A stretch of DNA of 64,000 bases from an uncultured Dehalococcoidia bacterium (GTDB lineage: Bacteria; Chloroflexota; Dehalococcoidia; Lucifugimonadales; UBA3495), in NCBI GenBank assembly GCA_950072105.1, contig CATMOE010000001.1, positions 154,096-218,095 on the forward strand, given 5' to 3'. The translations under genes and the position numbers were made by a program. The notes beneath the pieces are model-generated. The model saw nothing but the letters and a program-made list of their open reading frames with translations, ran no database searches and had not been told where the DNA came from. Shown here in pieces: positions 59,941 through 64,000 of the stretch. Position 1 is the stretch's first letter; every line of letters starts with the position of its first letter.

Positions 59941-60501
59941 TTAGCTGGAGGATGACACCAATCCCTGGGCGACCTCTTCAATGCTGGCCAAGGCCATTTT
60001 CTGAACCGCCTCCGGCGGTTTACTGGCGATCGGATGGTCAATCACCACCACCGGATGATCGGTCATGCCCAACGCCTTGGCCCTAAGCTCTGCCGCTTTG
60101 GTGAACGCCCGGGTGATTACCGTTACCGCGGGACGGCCCCGCTTCTCAGCTTCTATTCCGTCGTGGAGACCCCACGCTGTGCAGGACCCTCAATCGGCCA
60201 CGGCGTGGATGATGGCGTCGCATTCGGCGGCCAGGCTATCCAGCACGTCGTCCGGAGTGGGTATACTCTGGCTGGCCTTGCGATAGGTCACCACTTTGGA
60301 CACACCGTACTCTTCCTGCAGTACCCTGCTGAGCTCGGCGATGTACACGTCGGCGTTCTTTTTGTGGTTGTCGATAAGGCCCACAGTGGTTCCCTTCAGA
60401 TCGGACAAACGCGGAGCCAGTACAAATTTTCGGGCCGCGTCTTCGGCTCCTGGGTGAAGCACCGTGGTCGATTGACTTGATACCATGGCTATCCCCTCCA
60501 T
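59941..60501 (-). CDS. UGSC-motif selenoprotein 2 (Sec at TGA 60190-60192)
   Basis: Readthrough of ORF 60190-60501 gives HAVAD-U-GSCTAWGLHDGIEAEKRGRPAVTVIT...DHPIAS...SSS-TAA (59941), ending 16 nt before the next gene; start may be 60486. Confidence 0.88.
60162..60176 (-). promoter_or_regulatory. SECIS-like hairpin
   Basis: Minus strand CGTGG-GGTCT-CCACG; loop after 18 nt from the UGA. Confidence 0.72.
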
Positions 60502-60615
60502 CTGCCGGCGCCAGCCGATACCGCATCGCTTTGACTTGAAGATACAGGCGCCGGTTTCGCTGCTTTATACTAGGGCTTGAAAGTTCAATACGCAACGGGA
60601 ACCCAGGGAGAAGGG

Positions 60616-62553
60616 ATGCCAGAAGTTCAAGTAGCGCCCTACGGCTCGTGGAAATCACCGGTAACATCGGACCTCATCGTTGCCGAATCGATCAGGTTGG
60701 GCCAGTTGGCTCTTGACGGAGAGGATATCTATTGGGTGGAGCAGCGCCCCCGGGAAGGCGGGCGCAACGTCATCGTCCGCAGGACGGCAGATGAAAATAT
60801 CGACGACGTGACGCCTTCACCCTTCAACGCCTGCAGCCGGGTGCACGAGTATGGCGGCGGCGCTTTTTGCGTGGCCGATGGGGTGGTCTACTTCGTCAAC
60901 TACGACGACCAGCGCATGTATCGGCACCGGCATGGCGAAGCGCCGGTCCCCATCACGCCCGAAGGAGACATGCGATACGCCGACATGGTCGTTAACTACG
61001 TCAGGGAAGAAATCATCTGTGTACGCGAGGACCATACCTCGTCCTCTCAGGAGGCGGTAAACACTTTGGTCAGCCTTTCCATTGAGGGTGTTAGCTCCGG
61101 CCAGGTGCTGGTTTCAAGCGCGGACTTCTATTCTTCGCCACGGCTCAGCGCCGATGGTGGGAAGCTGACCTGGCTCAGTTGGAACCATCCCAACATGCCC
61201 TGGGATGGCTGCGAATTATGGGTGTCGGACCTAAACTCAAGCGGCTCCTTGGAGCTTCCCGAGAAAGTGGCCGGTGGCCCGGAAGAATCGATTTTTCAGC
61301 CGGAGTGGTCCCCGAACGGAACTCTATATTTCGTGTCAGACCGCACGGGCTGGTGGAATATCTACCGCTGGATCAACGGAGCCGTCGAGCCGGTCACGGA
61401 GATTGAAGCCGAGTTCGCCAGGCCGCAGTGGATCTTCGGTTCGTCCACTTACGCCTTCCAATCGGATAGCCGGATCATCTGCTCTTATGTCCAGGGTGGC
61501 AACTGGAAGGTGGCCAGTGTGGATACGCAACTCCGGGAACTGAATCCCATACCCACCCCTTATTCGGACATGGCGAGGGGAGACCTGCGGGTGGCATCGG
61601 ACACTGCGGTAATCATCGCCGGGTCCCCGGTCGAGGCGTTGTCGGTTATCCGATTGGACCTGGCGACGGGCGATACCCAAGTGTTGCGGACTTCCGGCGA
61701 TGTAAGCCTGGAGGGGGCGTATTTGTCTACCCCTGAAGCCATCGAATACCCCACCGAAAATGGCCTGACCGCCCACGCGTTCTACTACCCGCCGTCCAAC
61801 GGGGACTACGAACCAACCCCCGGCGAAAAACCGCCGTTGCTGGTGAAAAGCCACGGTGGCCCCACCAACGCAACCTCCGTCTCCCTGGATCTGGTCGTTC
61901 AATATTGGACCAGCCGGGGTTTCGCCGTTCTGGACGTCAACTATGGGGGCAGCACCGCCTACGGCAGGGCGTACCGGGAACGGTTGAAGGGACAGTGGGG
62001 CATCGTGGACGTGGACGACTGCGTCAACGGGGCGTTGTACTTAGTGCGGCAAGGTTTGGCGGATGGGAAGAGGCTGGCCATTGACGGCGGCAGCGCCGGG
62101 GGCTACACCACCCTGGCCGCCCTGACCTTCCGGGACGTGTTCGCCGCCGGGGCCAGTTACTACGGCGTTAGCGACCTGGAGACACTGGCCAAGGATACCC
62201 ATAAGTTCGAATCGCGGTACCTGGACGGTCTGGTCGGAGCCTACCCCCAAGAGGCGGAAGTGTACCGGCAAAGGTCTCCCATCAACTTTACCAGTCAGCT
62301 TTCCTGCCCACTGATCCTGTTTCAAGGCCTGGAGGACAAGATCGTACCGCCGGACCAAGCAGAGTCCATGTTCGAAGCTGTGAAGGCCAAGGGTATCGCC
62401 ACGGCATATCTACCATTCCCAGGTGAGCAGCACGGATTCCGCCGCTCCGAGAACATCAAGCGGGCTTTGGACGCCGAGCTTTACTTCTACTCGAAGATCT
62501 TCGGATTTAACGCGGCGGGACCAATGGAACCGGTAGACATCGTAAACCTCTGA
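60616..62553 (+). CDS. S9 family (prolyl oligopeptidase/acylaminoacyl peptidase-like) peptidase
   Basis: APYGSW, HGGP, GGSAGG, QGLED, EQHGF. Confidence 0.93.
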   Translation: MPEVQVAPYGSWKSPVTSDLIVAESIRLGQLALDGEDIYWVEQRPREGGRNVIVRRTADENIDDVTPSPFNACSRVHEYGGGAFCVADGVVYFVNYDDQRMYRHRHGEAPVPITPEGDMRYADMVVNYVREEIICVREDHTSSSQEAVNTLVSLSIEGVSSGQVLVSSADFYSSPRLSADGGKLTWLSWNHPNMPWDGCELWVSDLNSSGSLELPEKVAGGPEESIFQPEWSPNGTLYFVSDRTGWWNIYRWINGAVEPVTEIEAEFARPQWIFGSSTYAFQSDSRIICSYVQGGNWKVASVDTQLRELNPIPTPYSDMARGDLRVASDTAVIIAGSPVEALSVIRLDLATGDTQVLRTSGDVSLEGAYLSTPEAIEYPTENGLTAHAFYYPPSNGDYEPTPGEKPPLLVKSHGGPTNATSVSLDLVVQYWTSRGFAVLDVNYGGSTAYGRAYRERLKGQWGIVDVDDCVNGALYLVRQGLADGKRLAIDGGSAGGYTTLAALTFRDVFAAGASYYGVSDLETLAKDTHKFESRYLDGLVGAYPQEAEVYRQRSPINFTSQLSCPLILFQGLEDKIVPPDQAESMFEAVKAKGIATAYLPFPGEQHGFRRSENIKRALDAELYFYSKIFGFNAAGPMEPVDIVNL

Positions 62554-62673
62554 CGCCGTCCCGCAGCCCCATCTTGTCGGCAAATCGGGCGCTCAAACTG
62601 GCATCTAATCGGCAATGGTTGGCATCTTAATTTATTGGACCGGACAACGGTTGGGTCCAAAGGAGACAAACCG

Positions 62674-63882
62674 ATGCAAGAAGCTAACATTACCGTATAT
62701 GGCGCCCCTTGGTGCCCCGATTGCCGCCGTTCCAAGCAGTTCTTGGGCGAGCAGCGCATACCTTACATCTGGGTGGACATCGACGAGGACGAGGAAGGCA
62801 GGAAGCAGGTCCAGGCAGTTAACGACGGGAAGCAGATAATCCCCACCATCGTTTTTCAGGATGGCTCGATCTTGGTGGAGCCGTCCAATGCCGAACTGGC
62901 CGCCAAGCTGGGCATCAGCCCCAAAGCTAAACGGGAGTTTTACGACCTGATCGTGATCGGCGGCGGTCCGGCAGGACTGTCCGCCGCTCTTTATGCCGCC
63001 AGAGAGGGCATCGAAACCCTGATCATCGAGCGTAGCGGTGTAGGCGGACAGGCCGGCACCACCGAGAGGATCGACAACTACCCCGGTTTTGCCCAAGGCA
63101 TCGGCGGCGCTGAGTTGGCCGACGCCATGAGGGAGCACGCCGAGCGGTTCGACGTGGAGATACTGCAGGCTCAAACAGTGACCAGCATCGAAGCCCAAGG
63201 CGACTACAAGATGATATCTACCGAGTCGGGCGATTCCTACTGCAGCCGCTCGTTGCTGCTAACTCCCGGCGCAACCTACCGGCGCCTCAACGTGCCGGGC
63301 GAGGAAGACCTGATCGGCGCGGGCATTCACTTTTGCGCGACCTGCGACGGCCCATTCTATAAAGGCCAGGAACTGCTGGTAGTAGGTGGCGGAAACAGCG
63401 GTGTGGAAGAGGGTCTATTCCTGACCAAATTTGCCACCAAAGTGACCATATTGGAGGTTGGCGAGCGGCTAAGAGCCAGTCAGATACTTCAGGAAAAGGC
63501 CGCCAGCCACCCCCAGATCGAAGTGCGTCTTAATACCACCGTGGTGGAGTTCAAGGGAGACGGAAAGCTGAGTTCCGTGGTGATCAAAAACACGGCCAGC
63601 GGAGAAACCGAGGAGATCACTCCGGGCGCGGTCTTCGTCTTCATCGGCCTGCTGCCCAACACCGCCTTCGTCAAGGGTTCCGTAGACCTGGACCAGTGGG
63701 GGTCCATCTCCACCAGCCCTACCATGGAAACCAGCCTGGAAGGTGTCTTCGCCGCGGGGGACGCCCGGTCGGGAAGCACCAAGCAAGTGGCATCGGCGGT
63801 GGGAGAAGGGGCCACGGCGGCATTGATGATCCGCCAATATCTGGAACGGACACAGGGAAGCCGGGCGTACAAGGGGGACTAG
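62674..63882 (+). CDS. Glutaredoxin-like domain fused to thioredoxin reductase
   Basis: WCPDC...IPT N-domain; GGGPAG, CATCDG, GGGNSG, FAAGD; AAGGAG before ATG 62674. Confidence 0.9.
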   Translation: MQEANITVYGAPWCPDCRRSKQFLGEQRIPYIWVDIDEDEEGRKQVQAVNDGKQIIPTIVFQDGSILVEPSNAELAAKLGISPKAKREFYDLIVIGGGPAGLSAALYAAREGIETLIIERSGVGGQAGTTERIDNYPGFAQGIGGAELADAMREHAERFDVEILQAQTVTSIEAQGDYKMISTESGDSYCSRSLLLTPGATYRRLNVPGEEDLIGAGIHFCATCDGPFYKGQELLVVGGGNSGVEEGLFLTKFATKVTILEVGERLRASQILQEKAASHPQIEVRLNTTVVEFKGDGKLSSVVIKNTASGETEEITPGAVFVFIGLLPNTAFVKGSVDLDQWGSISTSPTMETSLEGVFAAGDARSGSTKQVASAVGEGATAALMIRQYLERTQGSRAYKGD

Positions 63883-63917
63883 AGCTGAGTCTAATCGATC
63901 TGGATGGCGGCGAACCA

Positions 63918-63967
63918 CCCCCATCCCAACCTTCCCCCTTACGAAGGGGGAGAGTTAGAGAGGGGGT
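63918..63967. repeat. C/G-run palindromic repeat, solo copy
   Basis: TCCCCCTT-ACG-AAGGGGGA (63933-63951) with G-rich tail GAGTTAGAGAGGGGGT. Confidence 0.7.
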
Positions 63968-64000
63968 CTAGCTCTCCCTAACCAAACACTCGGCGATCTG

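Noticed and set aside
1..64000. Genome-wide reassignment of UGA (to Trp or Gly) as the cause of the in-frame TGAs
   Set aside because: Conserved genes such as recG (25531) and yebC (18988) end at TGA at their normal C-termini, and TGG is used for Trp throughout. The in-frame TGAs fall only in catalytic-type motifs with hairpins.
1..64000. CRISPR array, rRNA, tRNA (including tRNA-Sec) and sel genes
   Set aside because: No regularly spaced direct repeats or recognisable RNA genes were seen; selA/B/C/D are not in this window.

Overview
GC-rich bacterial chromosome segment, most consistent with Chloroflexota (Dehalococcoidia/SAR202-like); this is inferred from paired luciferase-like monooxygenases, several class III CoA transferases, thiolase-like/OB-fold pairs and the housekeeping gene order. 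Housekeeping blocks (fmt; rpsP-khpA-rimM; yebC-ruvC-ruvA-uvrB; recG-degV-DAK2; rplU-rpmA-rpmE) alternate with catabolic and redox clusters. The main signal is five in-frame TGA codons in four genes that the ORF track splits. Each is followed 17-20 nt later by the loop of a similar hairpin (5-7 bp stem, 5-nt GT-containing loop), i.e. a SECIS-like element. They define two UGSC-motif selenoproteins, a lipoprotein-anchored UxxC peroxiredoxin-like selenoprotein and, most unusually, a thiolase-fold enzyme with two predicted selenocysteines (42349-43530) in a CoA-transferase/OB-fold cluster. Other observations: two small nuclease-like genes (GxxExxY, DUF559) each bracketed by its own repeat family, several REP/REPIN-like families, an unexplained structured ~330-nt transcription unit with a 23-codon ORF upstream of rpsP, a frameshift explained by loss of one 8-bp tandem unit, a B12-binding radical-SAM-like protein lacking its CxxxCxxC motif, and a decayed BenE-like remnant. 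No rRNA, tRNA or CRISPR array was recognised. All family assignments are from motif recognition, not database searches.
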